Positions 26,503 through 34,501 of a stretch of DNA of 64,000 bases are shown piece after piece. Where the stretch lies: the IMG/VR virus record IMGVR_UViG_3300045971_000895, positions 64,001 through 128,000 of that record. One strand, given 5' to 3'. This DNA is from a virus. Within the stretch, counting starts at the first letter, position 1. Each line of letters opens with the position of its first letter. Under the pieces are notes generated by a model. That model was not told where the DNA came from. It made no database searches and worked only from the letters and a program-made list of their open reading frames with translations. Position numbers and translations under genes: made by a program.

Positions 26503-27462
26503 CTACTGGGGGTTTCCGGCGTACCTGTCGAGGTGGCGGGTGAACTCGGTGATGTTGGTCACCTTCGCCTCGGACAGGACCGGTCCCAGGCTCGGGACCG
26601 AGCCGTACATGTGGTGGAGCGCCGCGAGCAGCCGGCCGGCGGTGATGGCCTCGTTCCGCTCCATGGTCACGACGCGCTGCGACAGCTTCTCGAGGTCAGC
26701 CGAGATGACGGTCAGCCCGCGACCCAGCTCGACCACGAGGGCCTCCAGCCGCTGGAGGGCGGCCGGGTCCACGCTCGACACGCCGCCCGTGGGGGCGTAC
26801 TGCGGCGCCGGGGCGGGCGCCTGGATGGCCGGAGCCGCCTGGGGGACGTACGCCCCGGGGGCGGTCATCAGCGGCGCCTGGACGGGCGCTGGCGCGGCCG
26901 CAGGGGTCATCTGCTGCTGCGGCGCGGCCAGAGGCTGCCCGGCCGGTGCGGGGGCCCCGCCCGCGGCGCCGCGGCGCTTGCGGCCGGTCGTGGTGGCTGC
27001 CGGGGCCTCCTGCTGCTGCGGGGTGCCCATCTGGGCCACCTGCTGGGCCGACGGGGGCGCCGGCGGCGTCATCTGCGGCGCGGCGTAGGCGGCGGCGGGT
27101 GCCATCTGCGGCGGCCCGGCCTGGGGGGCGAACTGCGGCGGCGCGGCCTGCGGCACGCCGTTGCCCTGGACACCCCCCATCTGGGGCGTGGGGGCGCCCA
27201 TCATCTGCGCCGCGGCCGGGGCAGCCCCGCGGTCATCGACGATGAGGCCCTTGGCGATCTCGTGGGCGATGATGGTGGTCTTCACCAGCTCGCGGTCCTC
27301 GAGGGTCTGCTGGTACGTCATCAGCGGCTGGTCGTTCGGCCCCTTGTAGACCATGTAGGCCAGGTTGCGGACGGCCACGAAGCGGGCGTTGTCGAGCTGC
27401 GACTTGCGCAGGCTCGCGGTCATACCCGGGGTGGGCGACAGTTCGGTGTTGGCTTCAGACAT
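26503..27462 (-). CDS. protein with folded N- and C-terminal domains and a long Pro/Gln/Ala-rich low-complexity core
   Basis: Strong RBS AAGGAGA. Roughly 170 aa of PQ/AP repeats in the middle. Confidence 0.5.
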   Translation of the reverse strand: MSEANTELSPTPGMTASLRKSQLDNARFVAVRNLAYMVYKGPNDQPLMTYQQTLEDRELVKTTIIAHEIAKGLIVDDRGAAPAAAQMMGAPTPQMGGVQGNGVPQAAPPQFAPQAGPPQMAPAAAYAAPQMTPPAPPSAQQVAQMGTPQQQEAPAATTTGRKRRGAAGGAPAPAGQPLAAPQQQMTPAAAPAPVQAPLMTAPGAYVPQAAPAIQAPAPAPQYAPTGGVSSVDPAALQRLEALVVELGRGLTVISADLEKLSQRVVTMERNEAITAGRLLAALHHMYGSVPSLGPVLSEAKVTNITEFTRHLDRYAGNPQ

Positions 27463-27682
27463 CGTCTTCTCCTTCGAGTGGTGTGGAGTTGTCGAGCATG
27501 CCGCGAATCGCAGCGCGCTCTCCGTGCTTCGACATCATGAATGCCCTGGCGCGGTCGACCGCCTCAGGGACTGCTTTGAACAGGATGCAGGTGTAGCCGC
27601 TGAGGACTCGCTCGAGGTTTGTCTCTCGGCAGGTCCCCAGCTTGGTGCAGGCGAGGCACTCCCCAACAGCGGCTCTCACAGG
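27455..27682 (-). CDS. small Cys-containing protein (~75 aa)
   Basis: GTG start overlapping the upstream TGA (GTGA), with GAGGA 5 nt upstream. ECLAC...C motif. Confidence 0.3.
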   Translation of the reverse strand, partial: PVRAAVGECLACTKLGTCRETNLERVLSGYTCILFKAVPEAVDRARAFMMSKHGERAAIRGMLDNSTPLEGEDDV

Positions 27683-28020
27683 AGGTCCTCGTTCACGCCG
27701 AAGCAGGCGGCGTGCTGTCCTTCGGTGCAGGGCCAGGTGGTGCAGTGCCCGTCGCATCCGGGCAGCTGGCTCCTGGCTCGGGCCCAGTTCTCCTCGATGT
27801 GCTTCTGGAGTCTGAACCTCGTCTCGGTGGTCTGGGAGATGTGGTCCGCAGTGACGGCAACCCTCCCAGCGAGGATGCCCTCAAGGACGTCACGGGGGAG
27901 CCCTCTTCGGACCCTCCCGATGCCGCACTTCTTGATCATCTCGAGCAGCTCGGTCTCGTTGAAGGCCCGCATCCTCGCGGTGTCTTCTACAGTGAGCCGG
28001 TCAGTCGTCGACATCTTCAT
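27676..28020 (-). CDS. Cys-rich protein (115 aa)
   Basis: RBS AGAGAGG. C-terminal CDGHCTTWPCTEGQHAAC cluster. Confidence 0.4.
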   Translation of the reverse strand: MKMSTTDRLTVEDTARMRAFNETELLEMIKKCGIGRVRRGLPRDVLEGILAGRVAVTADHISQTTETRFRLQKHIEENWARARSQLPGCDGHCTTWPCTEGQHAACFGVNEDLL

Positions 28021-28471
28021 CCTCTCTTGTCGTGAAGCGACGCCACCGTCCATACCATCCAGCACTGACCTTGTTGGCGCCGATGTCGATGAGGACTTCG
28101 GAGGAGGGGCAGCTGGGGCAGAACGTGTAGGGCTTCGTGGAACAGAGGGCTCTCTCCACCGGCATGTAGTACTCGGGAGGGTACCCTCTCATTCGGTCTG
28201 TCTCTGCCCGCCAGCGCGGGCAAGCTAGCTGTTCGTAGGGATCCAGAGGCTGCGACTTGAAGACTAAGGTGAACGTCGAATGCAGGCAGGTAGGGCAGGC
28301 CGGGTACGGTCTCGTGAGGCAGACTGCCCGGTGCTGCACCTGCGTGATCGTGGGGTCGTAGGGGTTGGGGCGGCACGAAACGTTGATGCCGTTCCCCAGG
28401 ATCCCAGTGCCTCTCTGACGCTCCCTCGTCTCCTCGTCACTCTCTGGCAGCAGAGTGAAGGGGTTGATCAC
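28001..28471 (-). CDS. Cys-rich protein (156 aa)
   Basis: GTG start with AGGAGA 9 nt upstream. Multiple CP..C pairs. Confidence 0.45.
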   Translation of the reverse strand: MINPFTLLPESDEETRERQRGTGILGNGINVSCRPNPYDPTITQVQHRAVCLTRPYPACPTCLHSTFTLVFKSQPLDPYEQLACPRWRAETDRMRGYPPEYYMPVERALCSTKPYTFCPSCPSSEVLIDIGANKVSAGWYGRWRRFTTREDEDVDD

Positions 28472-28483
28472 ATGAGGGCTCTC

Positions 28484-28924
28484 CTAGATGCCGAAGTCGG
28501 TAGGGTCGACTTCTTGAACGTAGACTTCCACCCGTGCGTTCTCGGGGATGGGGTCATGGTGCTTCTCTTGGCTGCCTGCGAAGAAGCGTGAGTCGTCGAT
28601 GTCGATGGCGTCACGCACGCAGTCGGTCAAGAGCTTGATTCGGTTGTCCAGGTCGATTCTCTTATACCGATCTTTCGCCCTTCTTGATGGGGCGACATCG
28701 GGGTTGTTCCAGGACAGGTTCACGAGCTCCATGAAGAAGCGCAGGTGGACGGCGTAGAGGCCGTCTCGGTTCAGCCTGCTGATCTCGTGGAGGTGGTTCT
28801 GGGCCGAGTACTTGGCGAAGCTCTCGGCGAACTCACGGGCCTTCGCGGTGAGCTGCGTTCCGCGGAAGTAGATATGATTTGAGGTCGGCGGCAGGCCCGG
28901 GTAGACGATCTTCAGGGTGGGCAC
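28484..28924 (-). CDS. rusA: RusA-family Holliday junction resolvase
   Basis: LPPTSNHIYF, a lysine and the D-x-D-N motif (RIDLDNRIK). GTG start at 28924 with a GGGGG RBS. The N-terminal extension in the track ORF is junk-like. Confidence 0.6.
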   Translation of the reverse strand: MPTLKIVYPGLPPTSNHIYFRGTQLTAKAREFAESFAKYSAQNHLHEISRLNRDGLYAVHLRFFMELVNLSWNNPDVAPSRRAKDRYKRIDLDNRIKLLTDCVRDAIDIDDSRFFAGSQEKHHDPIPENARVEVYVQEVDPTDFGI

Positions 28925-29103
28925 TTGGCCCCCATGATCACCGGCTTCTCCTTCTTCAGGATGGGGCCGGCGCACTCAGCACAGACGTTGAGTGTCTTGG
29001 ATATCTTGATACCAGCGGGGTCCTCCACGACTCCGCTCACTTGAATGACCGCTGGCTTCTTGTCGCGGCACGTAGCCGCTTCGCATCTCACAGGCTCAGG
29101 CAT
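28912..29103 (-). CDS. zinc-ribbon mini-protein (63 aa)
   Basis: CEAATC...CAEC motifs. Confidence 0.4.
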   Translation of the reverse strand: MPEPVRCEAATCRDKKPAVIQVSGVVEDPAGIKISKTLNVCAECAGPILKKEKPVIMGAKCPP

Positions 29104-29338
29104 CGAGAGTAGCGAGCTCCTGGCGCAGGCGTTCGAGGTCCTTGTATCCGGGGATGCCTTCGAAGGCCACTTTGGTGGGGGTGACCCCGTGCTGCCCGCT
29201 CATCTGGACGAAGACGTAGGTGATCCCCGCCACCGAGGTCAGACGAACGAGCGCGTGCTTCCGCCCTTCCTGCACGAGCGAGGGGCGGAGCACGGGCACA
29301 TACTGCGGGCCGTAGTACTTCTTCAGCCAATCCTTCAT
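29096..29338 (-). CDS. hypothetical protein (80 aa)
   Basis: GC3 bias. Overlaps the next gene. Confidence 0.4.
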   Translation of the reverse strand: MKDWLKKYYGPQYVPVLRPSLVQEGRKHALVRLTSVAGITYVFVQMSGQHGVTPTKVAFEGIPGYKDLERLRQELATLDA

Positions 29339-29550
29339 CTCTTGATCCCCAATCCGAGGGTTTCGGCAGCCGCTCTTACGGCTCCCTTGTCAGGCCAGTT
29401 GGCTTCAACGTACCGCAAGGCGTCCTCTTCCGTCATCGGCTCTTTGCTCTGGAGCGTGATGAGCTCTTGAGCGTGCCGGGTCAGGGAGTCGACCTCGTAG
29501 AGCCTGAGTTCTTTGCCATCGGAGGCGAGGGTCCAAACGGTCTGCTTCAT
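29335..29550 (-). CDS. hypothetical protein (71 aa)
   Basis: ATGA overlap with the dNMP kinase stop. The upstream part of track ORF 29335..29958 is junk. Confidence 0.4.
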   Translation of the reverse strand: MKQTVWTLASDGKELRLYEVDSLTRHAQELITLQSKEPMTEEDALRYVEANWPDKGAVRAAAETLGLGIKR

Positions 29551-30269
29551 CCCGCAGACTCTACCTTCTCCCATGGCCATTGGGGACGGATCTTGCGCAT
29601 CAAGCTGTCGATGGCCGGGTAGTAGTAGAGGAGGCCGGCAGGGTTCTCGATGACATGATCGAAGTAGGAGTCGGGGACCTCCTTCTGCTCCGCCTCCGAG
29701 GCGTGGCCGGAGATGCCCACTGCTCCCTCGTAGCCCTCGCGCTTGATGCGGATGAGGATGCCTCCAGCCTTCCTCACCGCCTCGAACTCGTTCTTGAAGC
29801 GCAGGTCGGAGAAGACGGCGCCGCCGATCTCGCCGACGTCCTTCTCCGTGAACTTGAGGCCGTCCTTCTCGCTGTAGGTCGAGTAGCCCTTGATGAGCTC
29901 CTGGGCGATGCGAACCCCGTACTCGATCCAGACGCTCTGGTAGCAGTCCCGTCCCCACTCGGTGCCCAGCGTCTGGAGGGCGTAGCGGGGCGTGAGGTGC
30001 GTCTCACCGATGTAGTGGTCGCAGCGGAACTCGCAGGTCTGGCAGCCGTGGCACCTCTCGAGCCTTGGGTAACGAGGATCTGGGGCGTCCCGGCTGCTGC
30101 CGTAGAGCTGCTCGTCGGAGAAGAAGAAGATCTCCTTGCAGAACCGCTTCATCGGATCGGCCAAACCGACTCGAGTGAAGCGGTAGTTCTTCACGATGTA
30201 GTCGGCGAAGGTGTCTTTCCCGACTCGAGCCTGTCCTGCCAGCCCGATGATGAGACCCTTGTTGCTCAA
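29547..30269 (-). CDS. T4 gp1-like deoxynucleoside monophosphate kinase
   Basis: TTG start with AAGGA 7 nt upstream, overlapping the upstream stop. P-loop GQARVGKDTFADYIV, LADPMK, QTLGTEWGR and ISGHASE blocks resemble T4 Dnk. Confidence 0.6.
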   Translation of the reverse strand: MSNKGLIIGLAGQARVGKDTFADYIVKNYRFTRVGLADPMKRFCKEIFFFSDEQLYGSSRDAPDPRYPRLERCHGCQTCEFRCDHYIGETHLTPRYALQTLGTEWGRDCYQSVWIEYGVRIAQELIKGYSTYSEKDGLKFTEKDVGEIGGAVFSDLRFKNEFEAVRKAGGILIRIKREGYEGAVGISGHASEAEQKEVPDSYFDHVIENPAGLLYYYPAIDSLMRKIRPQWPWEKVESAG

Positions 30270-30601
30270 GCTGTCATCCTTTGTGGGCCTGACTTGGCCC
30301 ACGCGGTGGTCTGGTTGTTGGGGGAGTAGGAGAGCCTGACGCGGCTCCCCTCCTGAATGCAGTTCCAGTCTCCGTGCATGAGGCCCTGGCGGTAGATCTT
30401 CTCGAGCTCCACCACCTGGTAGGAGACGAACTTCTTCGTGTCTGGAGGGGCGCCTTGGAGGTTGTCCCAGGCGCTCTCCAGATCGGAGTCGGAGAGGTCC
30501 CGCATGATGCGGTGGGGGTCGATGGGCGCATCCGACCCGACCAGCTCCCACTCGATGATCTTCGACAACTGGTCCTGCCCACGGTTGCTGACCACGCCCA
30601 T
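30266..30601 (-). CDS. hypothetical protein (111 aa)
   Basis: GC3 bias. Confidence 0.45.
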   Translation of the reverse strand: MGVVSNRGQDQLSKIIEWELVGSDAPIDPHRIMRDLSDSDLESAWDNLQGAPPDTKKFVSYQVVELEKIYRQGLMHGDWNCIQEGSRVRLSYSPNNQTTAWAKSGPQRMTA

Positions 30602-30609
30602 GATTCCCC

Positions 30610-31203
30610 CTACTGCGGCCGGCGCACGAACGCCCGCCCGTGTACCGGAGTGTTGGAGACGTTGATGTCACGTCGGTTGCGGTTCACTTCCTGACCTCGC
30701 TGCGTGATGCGCCGAGAGATGGTGTCCCAGTCCTTCTGGGCCTTGTCCCTCTCGCCCCTCACCACGGACCAGACGGTGAAGTGGTAGAGCTCCTGGTAGC
30801 TGGCTTCGACGACACGGGGGTCGACTTCGACCTGATCGTTCTTGTCGGAGTCGGTCAGCTTCTTCCCGTCGCTGTCGACCCTGAGGGTCAGCCGCACACG
30901 GGCCATCGTCTTGGCGAGATGCACCTCAGCCTGCTTCTTGTAGGCCGCGGCCAAGGTGAGCTCGGTGTCGAGGTAGCCGCACCACCGAGACAGGCTGTTC
31001 AGCAGGTCGCCGAGAGCGGTGTCGTCCAGCGACGACAGATCGGCGGGCAGCTCCCCAGTCACGCCCTGGGGCCTTCCAGCGTGGATGATCCCCTTCTTCG
31101 ATACAGCCTCGAGACCATCCTTCACGGCGAGGGTCATGCTCTCGTCGATGGTCTCGAAGGATTCAGGAGGAAGGAGATCGAGTCTTCCAAGGATGCCGGG
31201 CAT
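30610..31203 (-). CDS. hypothetical protein (197 aa)
   Basis: ATG at 31203 with RBS GGAGGTGA. The upstream Arg-rich stretch of the track ORF is junk-like. Confidence 0.4.
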   Translation of the reverse strand: MPGILGRLDLLPPESFETIDESMTLAVKDGLEAVSKKGIIHAGRPQGVTGELPADLSSLDDTALGDLLNSLSRWCGYLDTELTLAAAYKKQAEVHLAKTMARVRLTLRVDSDGKKLTDSDKNDQVEVDPRVVEASYQELYHFTVWSVVRGERDKAQKDWDTISRRITQRGQEVNRNRRDINVSNTPVHGRAFVRRPQ

Positions 31204-31204
31204 G

Positions 31205-32074
31205 TCACCTCCGCTTGGTGCGTTGAGCCTGGAAGGCTTTGTAGGCCTCACAGGAGAATGCGAACCCACACTCTTCGCAGCCGTAGCCCGTCGTCGCCGG
31301 CGGCTCCTGCTGCCGGTTGTAGTGGTCGACGAGTACCCGGGCCTTGGATTCCATGCCACCCCAGATCGCGGGGTCGAACTCGACAGGGAAGTCGGCGAGG
31401 TTGGAGTCGTTCTTCGAGAGGTAGAGGAAGACGACGACGGGCCTGTTGAGGACCGCCGAGTAGACAGTCGCCTGCTGCTTGTGCTCTGGCTTGGGCCTGG
31501 TGAGCTTGGCGAAGTTGTTGCTGTTCATCGTCTTGTACTCGTGAACGACCCCCACCTCGTAGATGGGTGCGTTGGGGATGTCGTCGACGATCATGATGCA
31601 CTCGGCGTCGGCGGATCCCTCGATCATGAGCTCAGTTGCGAGCGGGTGGGAACCTTCCGTCATCCGGACTTCTGGGACGTACTGCGCGCCCCAGGCCCCA
31701 TCCAAGCCGTAGTTCTGGAACATGCCGTGGACGGCGTGGCCCAGGTCGAAGATGAGGAGCAGGCGGTTGTTGTGCTTCTCGTGCTCCTCCTTGCCCTCCA
31801 TCTGCCAGTAGATCTTGAGGAGGCAGGAGTTGATGATCTGCGAGGGGTGGAGCCCGGCGTGGCGTGGCGTCTTGAGGAGCCAGCCCTTCTTGTCGCACTT
31901 GTTGCAGGGCACCCACTTCCCCTCGTCAGGGATGGGCGGCCTGTTCTTCTTGCCCTGGAGGTAGCGGTAGAGCCGGTCCTTCACCTTCAAGCTCTGGAGG
32001 ATGAGGGACCGGATCTCTGGGCTGATCTGCACCCACTGCTCGATGGTGTGGAGCTGCACGACGGGGCGGCTCAT
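31205..32074 (-). CDS. PD-(D/E)XK exonuclease, Cas4/RecB-like, with an N-terminal Cys and a C-terminal CxxC...C cluster
   Basis: ATGA overlap start. Motifs IFDLGHAVHG, IVDDIP and YEVGVVHEYK. Cys at VPCNKCDKKGW and GYGCEECGFAFSC. Confidence 0.55.
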   Translation of the reverse strand: MSRPVVQLHTIEQWVQISPEIRSLILQSLKVKDRLYRYLQGKKNRPPIPDEGKWVPCNKCDKKGWLLKTPRHAGLHPSQIINSCLLKIYWQMEGKEEHEKHNNRLLLIFDLGHAVHGMFQNYGLDGAWGAQYVPEVRMTEGSHPLATELMIEGSADAECIMIVDDIPNAPIYEVGVVHEYKTMNSNNFAKLTRPKPEHKQQATVYSAVLNRPVVVFLYLSKNDSNLADFPVEFDPAIWGGMESKARVLVDHYNRQQEPPATTGYGCEECGFAFSCEAYKAFQAQRTKRR

Positions 32075-32415
32075 GACTTGCTCCCGCTCTGCATGTTGCG
32101 CAGCGAGAGGTAGTCGTACCAGCCGAGGACGGCCAGCTTGGTGTGCATGCCGGCGGCGCCCTGGAACTCGATCTGCATGACGGGAGACTCCCCGCCCTGG
32201 TGTGCCTCCTCCTGGATCTTCCGCCACTCGGCGAGCTTCAAGGAGTACGACTTGGCCGAGGTGGTCTTGCACTCGGCTCGGACATCGAGCGCGGCACGGA
32301 CGTCGCCCTTGGCGAACCCCGTTGCCCCGCTGCCCTTCTGTACGCGGCCGCCGAGATCCTTGGCGGTGCGACGCTCCTGGTTCTGGCTGCGTCGCTGATG
32401 GATAGTGCGGGCCAT
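32071..32415 (-). CDS. Hjc/restriction-endonuclease-fold (PD-(D/E)XK) nuclease, possible second junction resolvase
   Basis: Pattern ERRTAKDLGGRVQKGSG...KGDV...DVRAECKTTS resembles the archaeal Hjc-like core. Confidence 0.35.
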   Translation of the reverse strand: MARTIHQRRSQNQERRTAKDLGGRVQKGSGATGFAKGDVRAALDVRAECKTTSAKSYSLKLAEWRKIQEEAHQGGESPVMQIEFQGAAGMHTKLAVLGWYDYLSLRNMQSGSKS

Positions 32416-32422
32416 GGTGAAA

Positions 32423-32495
32423 GGGAAGAGCTGGGCCGTGTGTCTCTGGAGGGTTAGTCCGACTCGGGTAGCGGTACGCTCACCCAGCTCTTCCC
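32423..32495. promoter_or_regulatory. long-range hairpin (13-bp perfect arms, ~47-nt loop) in an intergenic region
   Basis: GGGAAGAGCTGGG (32423-32435) pairs with CCCAGCTCTTCCC (32483-32495). Lies between the histone gene and the nuclease gene. Confidence 0.3.
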
Positions 32496-32502
32496 AATCT
32501 CT

Positions 32503-32688
32503 CTAGAGGTCCGACGGCCTGACCGTCTTGCGGTCGTTGCCCTTGGCGCGCGTGATGGCGTCCTCGAGCAGGCACTCGACTTCGGCGTTGATGGCGTCCA
32601 TGAGGGACCCGTCGCAGCGCATGTCGTCGCCGCCCTTCGCTCTGATGAACTCCTTGACCCGCGTCTCGATGACGATGTTGACAGGCAT
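32503..32688 (-). CDS. singlet histone-fold protein, DUF1931/HBb-like bacterial histone
   Basis: 61 aa. IVIETRVKEFIRAKGG...LMDAINAEVECLLEDAITRAKGNDRKTVRPSDL. The C-terminal AKxxxRKTV motif and its spacing match bacterial and archaeal histone folds. Confidence 0.55.
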   Translation of the reverse strand: MPVNIVIETRVKEFIRAKGGDDMRCDGSLMDAINAEVECLLEDAITRAKGNDRKTVRPSDL

Positions 32689-32692
32689 GGTG

Positions 32693-34048
32693 TTAGTCCT
32701 CTCCTTCGAACATGGTTGCGTAGTTGACGTTGATGTCTGCCCTCTGAAGGCAGACGGTGCGGATGTAGTTCATGTAGCTGTTCGGGTCGCCAGCCTCCGC
32801 TCTGGCGAGAACGTCCTCCTCCAACATCATGGCGAACTTGCCCTTGCTGTTCGCCTTCAGCAGCTCCTCGCCGTTCGGGCCGACGAGCGTGTGCCACGAG
32901 CCACTCACCTGCACGATGCCGTACGTCGCTCCCACCGTGGCGTAGTCGAGGTAGAAGTTGGCGTTGTTGACGGGGATGATGGGCTCGGAGGGGTGAGAGC
33001 GCTCCTTGAAGAACTGGTAGATGTACCGGCCCCTCTCCCCTTCGTGGATGCCGGCCTTACCCTTCTTGATCTCCCAGTTGACGTCCTTGCCCCAGACGTC
33101 CTTCGCCTGCTGCTGGCCGATGGCGCTGGGGAACATCATCTCCTTGCCGTGGGCGGCGCCGGAGGTGATGAACAGGTCCACGAACTTCGCGTGCTCGAGC
33201 GCGTTGCCGCCCGAGGACTTGTAGGCCTTGTTGGGGTTCTTGATGTCGTCCCGGATCTGGTTGATGCCGAGAACGCAGGTGTCTCGGGACTCTCCCTCCT
33301 CGGTCCGCATGGTGAGGAGGGCGTTCAGCTTGTGGAGGAACTGAGTGTTGGGCCCAGCCGTGCCGGCGTAGGTCTTCTCCCGCAGCGACTCCGACTCCGC
33401 CTCGGCGCCCGACATGATGGAGCCGAAGGAGTTGATGACGACCAGGTGGTACACCCTGCTCTCGATGCCGCGGAGGATGATGTCGTAGAGGTCCTCGACC
33501 GCGTAGCCGTGAGCCTCGTGGATCTCGCCGATGGAGTGCTTGAGCTGGGCCCGGTGCTCCTTCGTGAACGGAGGACGTCCGTTGGCGACGTTGGCACGGT
33601 CGAGCGTCTCGATGTCTCTATCGGAGAGCGCCACGGCGCAGCCCACCTTCTGAGCCTGCGTGCGGTCGGCCCTCATCTCGGTCTGGGCGAGGAGGACGTG
33701 GAGCTTCTTCCCCAGGATTCCCTGCAACTGGCGGATGGTCTGCCAGATGAGGTAGTCCTTGCCGGCGTTCTTGGGGCCGATGATCTGGGAGATGGCCCCA
33801 GCGGGCCACCCTCCTCCCAGCTTGATGTCGAGTGAGAGGATGCCGGTCGGCAGTCTCTTCGTGTAGTACGGCAGCGTGTAGTCGCTGGCGAGGCAGAGCT
33901 CGGCGCGACCGTCCATCTTGTCGCCCACGTACTGGAGCAGGTCCGCGGCACGGCTGGCCCTGCTTGCGGTTGGCTCCTTCTGCTTCGGTGCCTTGCCCTT
34001 TGCCTTGGGCGCAGCCTTCTCCTCAGCCGTCTTCTTCTTGGGAGGCAT
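32693..34048 (-). CDS. RecA/UvsX-family recombinase with Lys-rich N-terminal tail
   Basis: LPTGILSLDIKLGGGWPAGAISQIIGPKNAGKDYL matches the RecA core and Walker A. 451 aa. Confidence 0.7.
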   Translation of the reverse strand: MPPKKKTAEEKAAPKAKGKAPKQKEPTASRASRAADLLQYVGDKMDGRAELCLASDYTLPYYTKRLPTGILSLDIKLGGGWPAGAISQIIGPKNAGKDYLIWQTIRQLQGILGKKLHVLLAQTEMRADRTQAQKVGCAVALSDRDIETLDRANVANGRPPFTKEHRAQLKHSIGEIHEAHGYAVEDLYDIILRGIESRVYHLVVINSFGSIMSGAEAESESLREKTYAGTAGPNTQFLHKLNALLTMRTEEGESRDTCVLGINQIRDDIKNPNKAYKSSGGNALEHAKFVDLFITSGAAHGKEMMFPSAIGQQQAKDVWGKDVNWEIKKGKAGIHEGERGRYIYQFFKERSHPSEPIIPVNNANFYLDYATVGATYGIVQVSGSWHTLVGPNGEELLKANSKGKFAMMLEEDVLARAEAGDPNSYMNYIRTVCLQRADINVNYATMFEGED

Positions 34049-34071
34049 CTACTCTCCTGTGGTGGGGTTGG

Positions 34072-34233
34072 TTACGGCTGCTTCGGGACCTTCTCCCATG
34101 GCTCGGTGCCACAGACCCGACACTTCGGGATCTCCTGTCTGGGGTCCAGCGCCCTTCCACACTTGGGGCACTGCTGGTCCTTGCCCGCTGTCTTGGTCTT
34201 CTCTTCATCCAGCTCAACGCCTAGCTTCTCCAT
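34072..34233 (-). CDS. zinc-ribbon mini-protein (53 aa), not in the ORF track
   Basis: MEKLGVELDEEKTKTAGKDQQCPKCGRALDPRQEIPKCRVCGTEPWEKVPKQP. RBS GAGGTGA. The ATG follows the HU stop. Confidence 0.4.
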   Translation of the reverse strand: MEKLGVELDEEKTKTAGKDQQCPKCGRALDPRQEIPKCRVCGTEPWEKVPKQP

Positions 34234-34236
34234 GTG

Positions 34237-34485
34237 TCACCTCAGGCTGCGGCTCTGTCGAAAGCGAATCTTACGACGGAGGGCTGACTTCTTGCCTTCC
34301 CCGAACAGCTCCTTCGGCTTCAGGTCGACCGGGTAGAAGGCACCAAAGCCAGGGAGCGTAACAGACTCCCCAGCCCTGATGGCCTCGATGATGCTGACGG
34401 GAAGCACCTCGATGACGGCAGCGACAATCCGCCTCGGGAGCTTCGTCCTCTTCCCGATGTCTGCGACCAGCTCTGAGCGAGTCAT
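34237..34485 (-). CDS. HU/IHF-family DNA-binding protein
   Basis: MTRSELVADIGKRTKLPRRIVAAVIEVL...VTLPGFGAFYPV matches the HU fold. Confidence 0.65.
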   Translation of the reverse strand: MTRSELVADIGKRTKLPRRIVAAVIEVLPVSIIEAIRAGESVTLPGFGAFYPVDLKPKELFGEGKKSALRRKIRFRQSRSLR

Positions 34486-34501
34486 GTGTACACTCGTTCG
34501 T

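Noticed and set aside
30610-31359. Full 249-aa track ORF for the gene ending at 30610.
   Set aside because: The first ~52 codons are Arg/Ser/Thr junk that overlaps the upstream gene's coding region. ATG 31203 with a GGAGGTGA RBS, directly after the upstream stop, is the credible start.
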